Shown: positions 48,902-59,938 of the stretch, in pieces | How the letters are laid out: each line of letters begins with the position of its first letter | How positions within the stretch are numbered: the stretch's first letter is position 1 | Virus record (IMG/VR): IMGVR_UViG_3300021387_000688 | Reading direction: 5' to 3' (one strand) | Origin: a virus | Taxonomy: Duplodnaviria > Caudoviricetes | Length of the DNA: 64,000 bases | Notes under the pieces: generated by a model | Databases searched by the model: none | What the model saw: the letters and a program-made list of their open reading frames with translations, nothing else | Told to the model about the DNA's origin: nothing | Made by a program: the position numbers and the translations under genes

Positions 48902-50686
48902 TTACAACTTTGCAATCAATCTATCAATATCTTTTTTAAGTTCTTCTATAGAATAAGAACTCCATCCTCCGCGCCTATCTTTTTCATTGTAAAGGTAGAG
49001 TTGAGCTTGTGTATCAGTAGAGGAAATATAAGCTACTACATATCTTCCTGGAACCTCTGAATCTTCAAATCTCATTTCAGTGTCTCCATCTTTATCTGGA
49101 CCTTCTTTTACTTTTTTGAAATTGATTGATTTCATTTCCTTTTCTATAAGGTCTTTAGCTACAGGAATGAAAGCTTTTGCTTTTTGTCTTCTTTCATATC
49201 CCCATGGATCTTCCAACTGTTCAAGAGGTTCTCCTAAATAGTTTTCAGCATCGTCTGGCAAGTTATCATTAAACAAATTTGAATTATAAGCAGAAGCTCT
49301 ACCTGCTTTTCCGAAAGAATGCATGTTAGATCTCAAGGCATCCTTTACAGCATCCCCTTTCCATGCAATCTTATAATGGGTATCGTACCCCCAACCAGAA
49401 CCATATCCTTTCTTTCTACCAACCTGGTCTACAAGATTGAAAGTGATTACATCTTCTTCATCATACTTTCCTTTCATAGCCATTTGATATTTCTTTGGAG
49501 AAATAATAGAATCGAAATTCCAAGAACCCCAAATGGAATCATCTACACGATATTCTTTAGAAACTAAAACTGCTTTGGCTTTACGTCTCTTTTCATCAAT
49601 TTCAATAATTACATAGTATTCAGGATTTTCATTAGAATCCTTTCTACCGATAGAAACGATGTCCCCTACTTCCAAACCTTTGAATTTGTTGTAACCTGCA
49701 GTATTACCATATACTAAATGGTCCCCGTCAACCTGAACTGTATACTCTTCATACTCGCGACCATCTTCAGTAGAATCTTCAGAAATTGTAAACTCTTCTG
49801 GAAATGAAACACCTGCACATGTTAAAGCATCCCAAACAATTTCATAGTTTTCAAATCTTTTAGAAGCTCTATCGTAATCAGATCCTTTGAAAATTTTATC
49901 ATTGAAAGAAATAGAATCTTCTACATCATATTCATCATATTCCGGTCCTTCTTTATGATAAGTACCTAAGAAAAATTCCCCCTTAAGTCTCCTACCATCA
50001 ATTTCGATTCCGGTTTTAATAATATTGTCAAACCATTTTTTAATTATACGGGATTCATAAATACGGCCATGTACTACAATTGTATAATCACCGTCTTTAA
50101 TATCAGCCCAAGTTCCTTTGTAAACTTTATCTGCATTTTTATTAAAGAATTTTTTAAGGTCTTTGATTCTTTCACTTGGACCTGAATATCCAGTCATTCC
50201 TCTATACAGCTGAGTATCCCAGAAACGATTTGGATTCTTTGTTACATTGTCATAAATATCAAATTGTCCAGGAGAAGTAAGAATTGCCCACTTAATAGTT
50301 TTTCTTGGGCGTTCATCCATATCATCCAATTCCTGATCTGTATACTTGTATTCTTCAACATCTGGATCATTTACAACTGGTTGCCAAGATTTATAAGTAC
50401 GCATATCAGTTCTTCCGTATTCTTCAGGGAAAGTATAATACTCAACTCCTGAACCATCAATGATTGGAAGATTTAATTCTTTTGACATTTCGTGAGCATA
50501 TTCCAAGGCATCTTCTACAATTGTATGGCCCTCAGTTGGCTTATAATACCCATATGTATATTCTTGGGTATCTACTCTTTTATCGTTTTGCCAAACTTCA
50601 ACTTTAACTGAATCTGCGTTTAGGTGGGAGAAAGGTATTAACCAAATACCATCTTTATGGACAAAGTGTTCCTGTAATTTTCTCAT
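48902..50686 (-). CDS. large multi-module protein with MRKLQE leader; putative virion cargo
   Basis: upstream AACTAATTTA; C-terminal WSSYSIEELKKDI. Confidence 0.75.
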   Translation of the reverse strand: MRKLQEHFVHKDGIWLIPFSHLNADSVKVEVWQNDKRVDTQEYTYGYYKPTEGHTIVEDALEYAHEMSKELNLPIIDGSGVEYYTFPEEYGRTDMRTYKSWQPVVNDPDVEEYKYTDQELDDMDERPRKTIKWAILTSPGQFDIYDNVTKNPNRFWDTQLYRGMTGYSGPSERIKDLKKFFNKNADKVYKGTWADIKDGDYTIVVHGRIYESRIIKKWFDNIIKTGIEIDGRRLKGEFFLGTYHKEGPEYDEYDVEDSISFNDKIFKGSDYDRASKRFENYEIVWDALTCAGVSFPEEFTISEDSTEDGREYEEYTVQVDGDHLVYGNTAGYNKFKGLEVGDIVSIGRKDSNENPEYYVIIEIDEKRRKAKAVLVSKEYRVDDSIWGSWNFDSIISPKKYQMAMKGKYDEEDVITFNLVDQVGRKKGYGSGWGYDTHYKIAWKGDAVKDALRSNMHSFGKAGRASAYNSNLFNDNLPDDAENYLGEPLEQLEDPWGYERRQKAKAFIPVAKDLIEKEMKSINFKKVKEGPDKDGDTEMRFEDSEVPGRYVVAYISSTDTQAQLYLYNEKDRRGGWSSYSIEELKKDIDRLIAKL

Positions 50687-50707
50687 CTTTTTTCCTCTTA
50701 AAATAAA

Positions 50708-53305
50708 TTAGTTAATCCATTCAGGACAAGTTAAAATTCCTTGATTGTACAATTCTACCCACTTCTGTTTTTGCCTTTTAATCTCTTCTTTCCTTTCTAA
50801 CTTCTCTTGTTTCTTTTCTAACTTTCTTTGTTTCTTTTCTGCCAAGTACTTAGAATAAGGATGATTTGGAGCTTCTTTAGGCAATACAATATTGTAAAGA
50901 TACCGATTGTAAATAATTGTTAACACAATATTACTAAGAATGATAGATCCTATTAAAATCAACTTTTCCATTTTTTCCTTATATTCATTATCCAAAGAGC
51001 CCTTCCTACAAGGAAGCATTCTAACAGCATAAGTATTATTAAAGTATAGGCAGCCCAATCTGGAACAGGCCCCCCATTTTTAGACCCCAAGAGAATACAA
51101 AATGCAACCCAAAAATGGGTTACAAAAATGTAAGGTAAAGTAATCTTGTTTAAGAAAAGATTTATTCTTCTGGATGTTTTCTTGCTCATTTGGTGCCGCC
51201 CTAGTTATGAATTAAATCCCTAAGCTGATGTTTTATAGCATCAAGAGTTTTCTGAGTACCCAATTCATCGTGAACATCTTTAGAACCCTTAGGGTACAAG
51301 AGATTGAAAATTTCCCAATACTTATCATTTTCAGATTTTTCAGTCATCTTATCGTAAAGATCAAAAAGCATTGTTTTGTACTTTTCTACTTCATATTTTG
51401 CGCCGATGCATTCAGACTTAAGCTTTTCAATTTTTCGATTCTTGCGGTGTATGATTTCAATCAAACCTGCGGCCATGTCTTGAAAAGAAGTATAATCTGC
51501 AACTTTTATTTCGTATCCATTTACATTCCAAACAAAAACATAATGCTTGGTTTCTATGTCTTTGTGCTTATCCCATTCAAGAGGATGCATACTGTTAAGG
51601 GCAGCTGTAAGTTCGATAGCTTCCTGTTTGTGTCTTGTTTTGAAAACCGGAACCCATTCTGTTGCGCAACCAAACGTTTCGTTAGTAACGATTTTATATT
51701 CCTTTCCCTGATAGGACCTGTAAACCTCGTAACCTAAATCTTTATTTCCAAACCAACTCATATTTATACCTCCTTAATTTGCTTCCAAAATATTTGCTAA
51801 AGCAACCTTTACATCTGTATGAGTTTCTTCTGTTTTCAAAGAAGCTTCTCTTTCAGCAGATTTTGCAGAAGAAGCCCAAACCAAAATTTTATCAACTTCT
51901 AACATATAGTATCCTTGATCAGGTTCGTTATAATAGAAGGTAACTTCATATAATTTCATTGACTTGAAATAACCATCACTGTCATCGCAAGGACCGTAGC
52001 AATTTTCAAACTGCTTTTTATTTCTTGAAGATACAAGGCTAAATACTTTTGGACCATCTCCAAATTCATTTCCGTAGCCTTCAAAGCCGTTAACTACGAT
52101 ATCTGAAACACCATCTGCATCGGCCTGGACCATTACAACTGCATCTCCATAGCCATCTGCAATTGCTTTTTCGCAAAGCTCTTTCAATTTGTTTACTGTC
52201 ATTTCTTTTGACATGCTGGTATCTCCTTATGGTTCAATTCCTATATAAAAATAGAAATCTTCCCATTGATAAATATCTTCAGGCTCTTCTTCATTCACCT
52301 TCCAAATAAGGTGAATGTGTCTAGTTCCATCGTCTGTAATTTTAATACTTCTGGATTTTGGATCGTCTCCATCATATTCCATTTTATAAGAATTGATTGT
52401 TTCGATTAACCAATCTATCTGGGTTTCAAAAAGCTTTGTAGGTTTTAATGAAAAATGCATTAAGAACTGTAAGATATCCTCGCCTACGTTGTAAAAGGTT
52501 TCTTCCGGATTCCAATTCTCTTCTACATATTTCCAAACATCGTAAAAAGGGTTGTCAGAAGAAACTACAGGTTTTGTAAATTGTTTCTTGCGGAAATCGG
52601 CTTCCGCTTCATCCTGGCACTTCTTTTCATAAGCTTCATATTCAGGACACAATCCCTTATCTGTAATGAAACCCACTCTACAGAGATAAGATGAACCATA
52701 ATTGTTAATATTGTGAGCTACAAATTCTTTACATTCGTGAGTCAATCCATGCTCTTCAATAAATTCATCTGCAATTACTAAAGGAGATTTCGACATTAAC
52801 GACCTCTATTCAAAGACATTTCATAGTCCATTTTAGCTTCGAAAGCTCTCTGTTCCTGTTCAGCTTCCAAACGTGCAAATTCATTTTTATATTCGATCCA
52901 ACGACGTTCATCAGCTTCTGTCCAAACTGGCTTTTCTTCCTGTTTGCCAACCAGTTTTGAATTAACGTAACGTCCGTTTACTTTAACCATGATTCCTTTT
53001 TCAATTGACTGGCGTACAAGCTGGCGTGCATATCTTGGCATTCTCTTATAAGCATAAGCCAACTGTTTTGGTGAAAGGTGATAACCTTTTCTTGAATTAA
53101 GCTGCTGTGCAAAACTTGAAAGCATATAAGCATCACAAGGTGCAAAACCTTCTTCGTTGTAATTACGAACATCTTTATTACGCTGTTCATCTCTTGTCTG
53201 ATATTCATAGATACGGCGTAAACCAAATTCTACCCATTTAGGATCTGTAGCGAGTTTGATTTTCCAGTCTGAAATAATTGATTCAATGCTTGTATATGAT
53301 TCCAT
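50708..53305 (-). other. operon of small hypothetical genes (50708-~50971, 50959-51189, 51201-51761, 51774-52214, 52227-52796, 52796-53305)
   Basis: packed ORFs with RBSs, downstream of a TTGCTATATT promoter; two small membrane proteins. Confidence 0.7.
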
Positions 53306-53317
53306 AACTTGTACCTC

Positions 53318-53353
53318 ACTAATAATATAGCAAGATTCGGATTCCGGAATTTC
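53318..53353 (-). promoter_or_regulatory. putative promoter: extended -10 plus upstream CGGAATC box
   Basis: GAAATTCCGGAATCCGAATCTTGCTATATTATT; close match upstream of cca. Confidence 0.5.
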
Positions 53354-53366
53354 TAAAAAGGCAAAG

Positions 53367-53392
53367 AAAAAGTCCTCTTTTTGAGGACTTTT
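53367..53392 (-). terminator. intrinsic terminator
   Basis: AAAAGTCCTC/GAGGACTTTT. Confidence 0.8.
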
Positions 53393-53410
53393 AATAGAAA
53401 GTATTTTAAA

Positions 53411-54058
53411 TTATTTTTCCACGCGTTTTCTAGTTATACTTTTTCTGGAGTTATTTCTATCTATCTTGGCTTCATCCAAATCTTCGTCATCTTCGTCATC
53501 TTCATTCCAAGATTCTACATAAGCATCAAGATCTGCTTTAGCGGCCTTGAAAAGTTTTTTATTACCTTTTACATAATCTATGAAGTCAGAATCGTCTTCA
53601 AAATCATCCTCATCATAAGAATCCCAATAAGGATCATTTTCATCAAAGTTATCTGTAAAGGCGCAACAACAACCATCCTTGAAGTCTGTGTCTCCCCAAA
53701 GATCTGTATCTCCATAATATTCACCCCATCCCAATTCCTCTGCATCATTAATACCTACTAAACGATCCCATACGGCTTGAGCTTTAGGCGGCCAATCTTT
53801 ATCTTCTTTTAAAGATTTCTTAGATTCAACTAATCCGCGTTTTCTGTAAATATAATCCAAAGCCGTTCCTGGAGTTGGTTTCCAAGTTGCAGCAACTTCT
53901 GCATCATCCTCTCCTTCTTCCTCTTCATAACCTGAAGCATCTTCAGTAACGCAAGGTCCCAAAGCTACATCGGCAAGTACATCATCTACTCTACCTCTAA
54001 TTTCGGCTTCATCGTCGTTAGCTCCGATTTTAACCAATACTGTTAAATACTTAATCAT
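53411..54058 (-). CDS. acidic two-module protein; putative virion cargo
   Basis: linker LVESKKSLKED. Confidence 0.7.
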   Translation of the reverse strand: MIKYLTVLVKIGANDDEAEIRGRVDDVLADVALGPCVTEDASGYEEEEGEDDAEVAATWKPTPGTALDYIYRKRGLVESKKSLKEDKDWPPKAQAVWDRLVGINDAEELGWGEYYGDTDLWGDTDFKDGCCCAFTDNFDENDPYWDSYDEDDFEDDSDFIDYVKGNKKLFKAAKADLDAYVESWNEDDEDDEDLDEAKIDRNNSRKSITRKRVEK

Positions 54059-54227
54059 TTTCTATCTCCTTATTTGTAGACATTCTAAATGCGGTATAAG
54101 ATTCTGCTCTAGAATCGAAGAAATGAAAAATACCTGCATATTTATTGCAAATTAAATATCTTGAAGGTGTTTTCCATAATTCCAATTGAGTCGTAAAATC
54201 TTTATAAATTAAACTCCAACCACGCAT
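54051..54227 (-). CDS. 58-aa hypothetical protein (below ORF-track cutoff)
   Basis: MRGWSLIYKD..., overlaps the next start. Confidence 0.45.
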   Translation of the reverse strand: MRGWSLIYKDFTTQLELWKTPSRYLICNKYAGIFHFFDSRAESYTAFRMSTNKEIEND

Positions 54228-54312
54228 AATATAAATATAGTCTAAAAGATGCGCTGTTTCAGTCTAATGATACTAATTTTATTAAAATTGACCTATAAGG
54301 AGACGTCAAGTT

Positions 54313-55329
54313 ATGAATAACGATATTACAGATTTTTCACCTAGAAAGTCAGGTGAAGTTAACAAGAACAAATCTCTCTATGAAAGTGCTTTAGCAGATG
54401 CAGATAAACAAATCTACTCTTTTAGAGAGGCCCGTAAGATGAAGGATTTAGGAAATGTTTCTTTTAAGAAAACTCATAACCCTTCTGATTTCTTAGATCC
54501 AAAAGCAATGGCAAAAAGAAACGCTGCAAGATTTAATGAAAACACAAATGCAACCTCTGAGTTGGCACGTCTTCAGGAAACATTGATGTATGGTGCAACT
54601 GAAGAAGATTTGGAAAAAGAAGTACAGGGAAGCTTCGGAAGAGAATTATGTGAACTTTTGATCAACCATGGTATCACAGGTGAAGCCGTAGAAGATGCTC
54701 TTAAATGTTTTGAAGACATTATTGGTAAAGAACCAAACGTACAGGAATTGTTAGATAACTGGCAAGGTGGAGACGATGACGATGACGGTTATGTAGACGA
54801 TGACGGCGAAGATTATTCAGATGAAGACTATTCTGAAGATGATGATAGTGGAGATGACGAAGACTATTCAGATGAAGGTGAAGATGAAGGCGGCGAAGAA
54901 GAATCTGATGAGGGAGAAGAAGTTCAGGAATCAGTTAAATATGAATCTATAATCAGATCTCTCAGAAAGAAGATTGCTGAAAACAAAATTAAAAATAAGG
55001 CAGCTTTGAAAGAAGCAGAATTCGAAGACGATTATGATGAAGAGGAAGAACTTACACCAGCTCAGATTCGTGCTATCGTTAGAAAATATCCAGCATTAGT
55101 AGCTCCAGAATTTGGCGGAATGCGTGCAGGTGAAACTAGAACCCTTAGGGACGGAACTGTAGTAAAAGCTACTAGAGATGGTACAATGACTCCTCAAGAA
55201 GTATATGCAGCTGAACAGAGAAAGAAGGCAAGCTTAAGAGACCCAGCTTTGAAGTCTTATGAATGGATGGCTGGAAAAGGAAGAGACATCAACTCACGCG
55301 GATATCGTGACGATGCTTTCTTGAGATAA
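54313..55329 (+). CDS. acidic low-complexity protein with many hydrophobic-x-E sites; core/internal-head-like
   Basis: D/E tract with EDYS repeats; LYES, FREA, FNEN, LQET, VQES, LKEA; upstream TACTAATTTT. Confidence 0.7.
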   Translation: MNNDITDFSPRKSGEVNKNKSLYESALADADKQIYSFREARKMKDLGNVSFKKTHNPSDFLDPKAMAKRNAARFNENTNATSELARLQETLMYGATEEDLEKEVQGSFGRELCELLINHGITGEAVEDALKCFEDIIGKEPNVQELLDNWQGGDDDDDGYVDDDGEDYSDEDYSEDDDSGDDEDYSDEGEDEGGEEESDEGEEVQESVKYESIIRSLRKKIAENKIKNKAALKEAEFEDDYDEEEELTPAQIRAIVRKYPALVAPEFGGMRAGETRTLRDGTVVKATRDGTMTPQEVYAAEQRKKASLRDPALKSYEWMAGKGRDINSRGYRDDAFLR

Positions 55330-55347
55330 TTAAAAAGGAGATGTAGA

Positions 55348-55818
55348 ATGGGAAATCGTAATATCTTTGATGTGGGTAACGACCCATTCGACTTAGATCT
55401 TTTTCAAGAGAATAGAGTAGATTCTTATAACGAAATGGTAAATGAGTTGTCAGAATCTATCTCTCTTGATGAGAAAAGGCTTTCAGATTCTACTGAAGAA
55501 GAGCATTTCATAGACAGGTCGAAAACAGGTAACCCAATGCAACCTAGAGTTAAAATCGATAGGAAGAGGGGAACTTGGAAGGATTATAGTAAGAAGCCAA
55601 AGAACCTCCGTAATAGAAGAAATGGCAAAGAGGTCGAAGATAAAAGAGAGTTTTATGACAAAGACATGTCTCCTGAATGGGCTAAAGCATTCAATGATTT
55701 GATCAACAACTCTACTAAGAATCCTGGCGGAAACAGCGGATATGATTGCAAAGCACTTATATCTAATGAAAAGAAACGTTGGGGTAAAGTTTACGGACCT
55801 GATGGTAAATTACTTTAA
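55348..55818 (+). CDS. hypothetical protein
   Basis: AAGGAG RBS; acidic N-terminus, basic C-terminus. Confidence 0.7.
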   Translation: MGNRNIFDVGNDPFDLDLFQENRVDSYNEMVNELSESISLDEKRLSDSTEEEHFIDRSKTGNPMQPRVKIDRKRGTWKDYSKKPKNLRNRRNGKEVEDKREFYDKDMSPEWAKAFNDLINNSTKNPGGNSGYDCKALISNEKKRWGKVYGPDGKLL

Positions 55819-55829
55819 TTAAAAAAATT

Positions 55830-55855
55830 AAAGCCTCTCTCACGAGAGGCTTTTT
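55830..55855. terminator. bidirectional intrinsic terminator
   Basis: AAAGCCTCTC/GAGAGGCTTT. Confidence 0.8.
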
Positions 55856-55872
55856 CTTTGCGCTTTTAATTT

Positions 55873-56973
55873 TTAAGCTTTGCAAAGGATGCGAGGGATA
55901 ATTTCACCCATCTTGGCAATTCTGATTTTGTCTCCGATTCGGATTCCATGATTGTTAATGATGTTCAAGTTACAAAGATTAGCTCTTGTAACAGTTGTAC
56001 CATCCAATTCAACTGGTTCGATGATTCCTACTGGAGTCAAAGAAGCTCCTGACATAGACCAGTCAATTCCAATTAATGTAGATTCAGCAATCATCAAATC
56101 GAACTTAAGTGCGGTTGCATTTTTCTGAACCTTTTCCAACTGATCTTTGTAATCCATTCTGTTTTCAAAGATTACAATTCCGTCGATTGCAAAGTCTTCT
56201 TCCTCTGTACCACGTACTTTAGAAAGTGTTTCGCGGAACTTAAGAATTTCATCAATGTTCTTGCAAACTTTATGTTCTGGAAGTGTAAAGCCGCATTCCT
56301 TCAAGAAATCAAACATTTCTGATTTTGTAGCAAATTCAACTCCACGAACGTCGTAAGCAAAGAACTGCATGTACTGAAGAGCATCGATTTCTTCATCTGT
56401 ATACTCTTCAAACTTCTTATTCATCAAACCTGAACCTGCGTTTCTTGGATTCTTTTTATCTTCGAAACATTTATGAGATTTGAAAGCCTTGTTACCAAGT
56501 TCAAATTCTCCACGAACCTGCATTGTCAAGTTATTTGGAACTGTCTTTGGGAATTTAAGATACTGAGCAATCTTGAGTTTATCGAAACCCGTATAACCAT
56601 TTCCGCGAGAAATAAGATGTGCAAGTTTACCATTTTCATACTGAACTTCGAAACCAGCGCCATCCATTTTAGAACTTACATCATATTCTTTATAAGGATG
56701 TCTACGAATCCAATCTTTGAAAGCTTCTACAGTCATGCACTTATCAAGTGTACCTGTAACAAGCTTATGATCCATTTTTGCATAACCTGCAGCTGAAGCA
56801 ACTTCTTCGTCTTCATCACCTGCCATTCCTGCAATCAAAGGATTCTCAGGATCAAGTACACGAAGCTCTTCGATCATTGCATCGTAAGCTTTATCGCTGA
56901 TCAATTCTTTTCCACTGTAATATGCATCTGCATAGTATTTAATCTGGTTTATAAGTTCTTCTGTTCTATTCAT
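55873..56973 (-). CDS. ligA: NAD-dependent DNA ligase, adenylation + OB domains only
   Basis: YY...ISD..YD, KMDG, SRGNG..G, VRGE, NPRNAGSG, DGIV, ALKF, GEIIP then stop. Confidence 0.88.
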   Translation of the reverse strand: MNRTEELINQIKYYADAYYSGKELISDKAYDAMIEELRVLDPENPLIAGMAGDEDEEVASAAGYAKMDHKLVTGTLDKCMTVEAFKDWIRRHPYKEYDVSSKMDGAGFEVQYENGKLAHLISRGNGYTGFDKLKIAQYLKFPKTVPNNLTMQVRGEFELGNKAFKSHKCFEDKKNPRNAGSGLMNKKFEEYTDEEIDALQYMQFFAYDVRGVEFATKSEMFDFLKECGFTLPEHKVCKNIDEILKFRETLSKVRGTEEEDFAIDGIVIFENRMDYKDQLEKVQKNATALKFDLMIAESTLIGIDWSMSGASLTPVGIIEPVELDGTTVTRANLCNLNIINNHGIRIGDKIRIAKMGEIIPRILCKA

Positions 56974-56991
56974 GTTAATAATATAGCAAAA

Positions 56992-57276
56992 TTAGGATAC
57001 TTCATTTACTAAAAATAAAACATTTTTTACAATTTCTGAAACCAATTCTTTTGTAGTAAAGGTAGGGTCGTTAAAACCTAACTTAATTTCTTCTATTGTT
57101 TCAGGGGTTTTGAGATTAATTTTAAGTAAGATTAATTCTCTCTTCTTTTTAACTTTAGCAATATACTTGAATGTGCCTTCTTTAAAAGGTAGAACTTTAG
57201 TTTGCAATCTTGCAGATGCTAAAGATGACGCGATTTTTACTGCTTGATATAAGTCGTTTCTGTCAATTCTGTTCAT
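56992..57276 (-). CDS. hypothetical protein
   Basis: 94 aa ORF. Confidence 0.55.
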   Translation of the reverse strand: MNRIDRNDLYQAVKIASSLASARLQTKVLPFKEGTFKYIAKVKKKRELILLKINLKTPETIEEIKLGFNDPTFTTKELVSEIVKNVLFLVNEVS

Positions 57277-57311
57277 AGTTACTATATAATATATTATAGG
57301 AGACGCCCCAA

Positions 57312-59075
57312 TTGAAATTACTAAAAGAATCTAATAACATCCAATCAAAAGAATTCGGTGACTGGGCAGTAGTGTTTTGGAAGAAAGGTTCTAAAACATT
57401 ATCTATTGCTCAAAATCAAGGGGATCCAGGTGCAACAGATTTTTGGATGGTAGGAACAACTACTAGACAATTTGATTATGAAAGTGGCTGGCTTCCAAAC
57501 AAAGAATGGTCAACTGCAATCAAAGGTCATTTCCCAAAAGATAAAGCAATTCAAATGGCGAAAGAGCAAGCAATGAAAGGATTAAAAGAAAGCCATATAA
57601 ATATCCCTAATAAATTCTCACTAAGTTTAAAAGAGTCTGCCGGCTTTGTGAAAAATGAAAATGTTTACGACTTTACAAACTTAGATGAGGATGAGAATAC
57701 TTTCAACACTATCATTAAAGAGTTTAATTTGAGGGAACTTTCTAGGGAAGAAATAGAGTCCCTAGGATTAGATATAAGTGTTCAAAATTCTGTAGTGGGT
57801 GTTTATGGTAGTTATGTTTCAGGAAATGGTATACCTGATGTAGTTGTATACGACTTTGAAATTTCCGACAGACAAAGACCTTATAAGTACACAATCAATG
57901 TAGTACAGATACAGGAACATGACAGGGCAGAGAAATATTTTTATATAATTTCTTCAAGATTATCTCAAATATTAGATGATCAATCAAGAGGATTAAAAGA
58001 AGGTTGCCTCGATCATATAAAAGATAAATGGCAATCAGAATTAGATAAAGGGGTTAAACCAAAAATTTTAATGGACCCTTGGGCTGTTTGTGAAGGAATG
58101 AAATGGTTAGGAAAAGATGGTTGGATTAGAGTAGAGGAAGTATTAACTCCAACAGAATACGAAGAACCTTATCCTGATTTTTATATGGAAATCTTCGACC
58201 AACATACTTGTGCAATCTCCCACGATATTTATACAATAAATGAAATTAATTCTTACGTTAGAAACACAAAGGCAAGATTGGTAAACAAGGGTATAAAGGA
58301 GAATAAAATGAAAAACTTAAAAGAAAGTGTAGAAGAAAGATATAAAATAGATATCTCCCCTATCCAAGGCAGTGGGGAAGAAATGTTATCTTTCCAAGAA
58401 ATGGTAGGTGAAGTACTTGAGAATATGGGGGGCATAGATAACATCGTAGAAATTGATGAAGAGTTCTTCGAAAGGAAATATCAATATTACTTAAAAAGTC
58501 ATCCTCGCAAAGAACATGGAGGTTGTAGATATGAAGATGATGAAGCCTGGATGCTTGCAATGAAATCTACTTTGAACAACGACCTTTCAATGTTGAACGA
58601 TGATATGGTTTACGATTATTACATGAGTGGCCGTTATAATGAAAGAAGCGATGAGTATAAAGCTATTTGGGATAAGTGCGTTCACGAAATCGAAAAGAAA
58701 GACCCAGACGATGGAAGTAGGTTCTACGATAGGTGGGATTTCACAACTCCAAGAGTAAACGAATCTAAAAAAGTAAGTAAGAAAAAAGTTCAGGAATCAA
58801 GAAAACCTTTCACTCCGGATATTCCTAATAACTTGTTAGAAATCCAAAACAATATGGAAGATGTGTTCACTATACATAGTTTATCAATAGCTGCAAGTGA
58901 ATCTGCAAATGGACTTGCAAAAGATATTCTTACATTAACAGGAACTAAAGTAGGGGAGTTGTTATTTACACCTGCAGGTTACTACATGGCAGGACCTCGT
59001 GAAGATATTTACTGGGAAGGTTCTACTTTAGAAGAATTCGAAGCTGACGTAACAGATTTAGCATATACATTGTAA
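57312..59075 (+). CDS. polyprotein-like multi-module protein; putative virion cargo
   Basis: TTG start after AGGAG; LLKES, GLKES, SLKES, GLKEG, GIKEN, NLKES, VNES, VQES; C-terminal WEGSTLEEFEADV. Confidence 0.8.
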   Translation: MKLLKESNNIQSKEFGDWAVVFWKKGSKTLSIAQNQGDPGATDFWMVGTTTRQFDYESGWLPNKEWSTAIKGHFPKDKAIQMAKEQAMKGLKESHINIPNKFSLSLKESAGFVKNENVYDFTNLDEDENTFNTIIKEFNLRELSREEIESLGLDISVQNSVVGVYGSYVSGNGIPDVVVYDFEISDRQRPYKYTINVVQIQEHDRAEKYFYIISSRLSQILDDQSRGLKEGCLDHIKDKWQSELDKGVKPKILMDPWAVCEGMKWLGKDGWIRVEEVLTPTEYEEPYPDFYMEIFDQHTCAISHDIYTINEINSYVRNTKARLVNKGIKENKMKNLKESVEERYKIDISPIQGSGEEMLSFQEMVGEVLENMGGIDNIVEIDEEFFERKYQYYLKSHPRKEHGGCRYEDDEAWMLAMKSTLNNDLSMLNDDMVYDYYMSGRYNERSDEYKAIWDKCVHEIEKKDPDDGSRFYDRWDFTTPRVNESKKVSKKKVQESRKPFTPDIPNNLLEIQNNMEDVFTIHSLSIAASESANGLAKDILTLTGTKVGELLFTPAGYYMAGPREDIYWEGSTLEEFEADVTDLAYTL

Positions 59076-59086
59076 GGAGCAGAAAG

Positions 59087-59938
59087 ATGAAAAGAAACTT
59101 AAAAGAAGATGACGGTGGAAAGATGGAATATCTAAAAGCATTGGAAGATGCTTTGGAAGCAGAAAACTATCTCTGCACTTATAACGACAAAAAGTTAATA
59201 GTAGATACAGACTTGGGAATGTTCGATATCGATTATGTTCCTGGAGAATGGGTTTATGTAATTCATTTCTCTGGTCCAAATAAAGAGTTTACAAAATACA
59301 AAAAGTATACTGATGACGTAGTAGAACTCATTGTAAATGTTGTAGAAGATCAATTAGATGATTGGAGTACAGAGCATTATATAGAATCTAAGAAGCCAAT
59401 TAAAAAGGGTATTAAAGAAGACCGTAGCTTAGGTCGTACACCTAAACCTTATAAAGCAGTTGAAAGGGGTACTACTGTTTTAGAACGTGACGGGGAACCA
59501 TGGACTGTAATCGAAAAAGGTACAGTAAGTGAATTAAATGAAAAATATCCAGAATGTCAAATATATGAGCGCCCTTACTATGATGCAGTATATGTAGGAG
59601 ATAATATATGTCAGTATGGGCATGAGGATAGAGGAAAGCATATATTCGTTTACGGTGAGCACGATGATGTCTATAATAATGTACTTGCTTATTATGATGA
59701 TGGACCTTCTCGTTCGTGGAGTGTTTATATGAGAGAATCTAGAAACTTAAAAGAAGGTGATGTAGAAGACGGGTGGTGTTTTATTTTCGGATCTGGAAAC
59801 TATAGTGTATATCAAAGAGGGGCCAATGAATATAAAGTAGAATGGAGTGACGGAGTTTGTTCTATTGAACCGATCCTTTGTAGCTCTGAAGAAGAAGCTA
59901 AACAAATCGTCGAGGAGTTACAGGATGCAGAAAAATAA
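59087..59938 (+). CDS. three-module protein; putative virion cargo
   Basis: MKRNLKED; YIESKKPIKKGIKED; MRESRNLKEG. Confidence 0.8.
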   Translation: MKRNLKEDDGGKMEYLKALEDALEAENYLCTYNDKKLIVDTDLGMFDIDYVPGEWVYVIHFSGPNKEFTKYKKYTDDVVELIVNVVEDQLDDWSTEHYIESKKPIKKGIKEDRSLGRTPKPYKAVERGTTVLERDGEPWTVIEKGTVSELNEKYPECQIYERPYYDAVYVGDNICQYGHEDRGKHIFVYGEHDDVYNNVLAYYDDGPSRSWSVYMRESRNLKEGDVEDGWCFIFGSGNYSVYQRGANEYKVEWSDGVCSIEPILCSSEEEAKQIVEELQDAEK

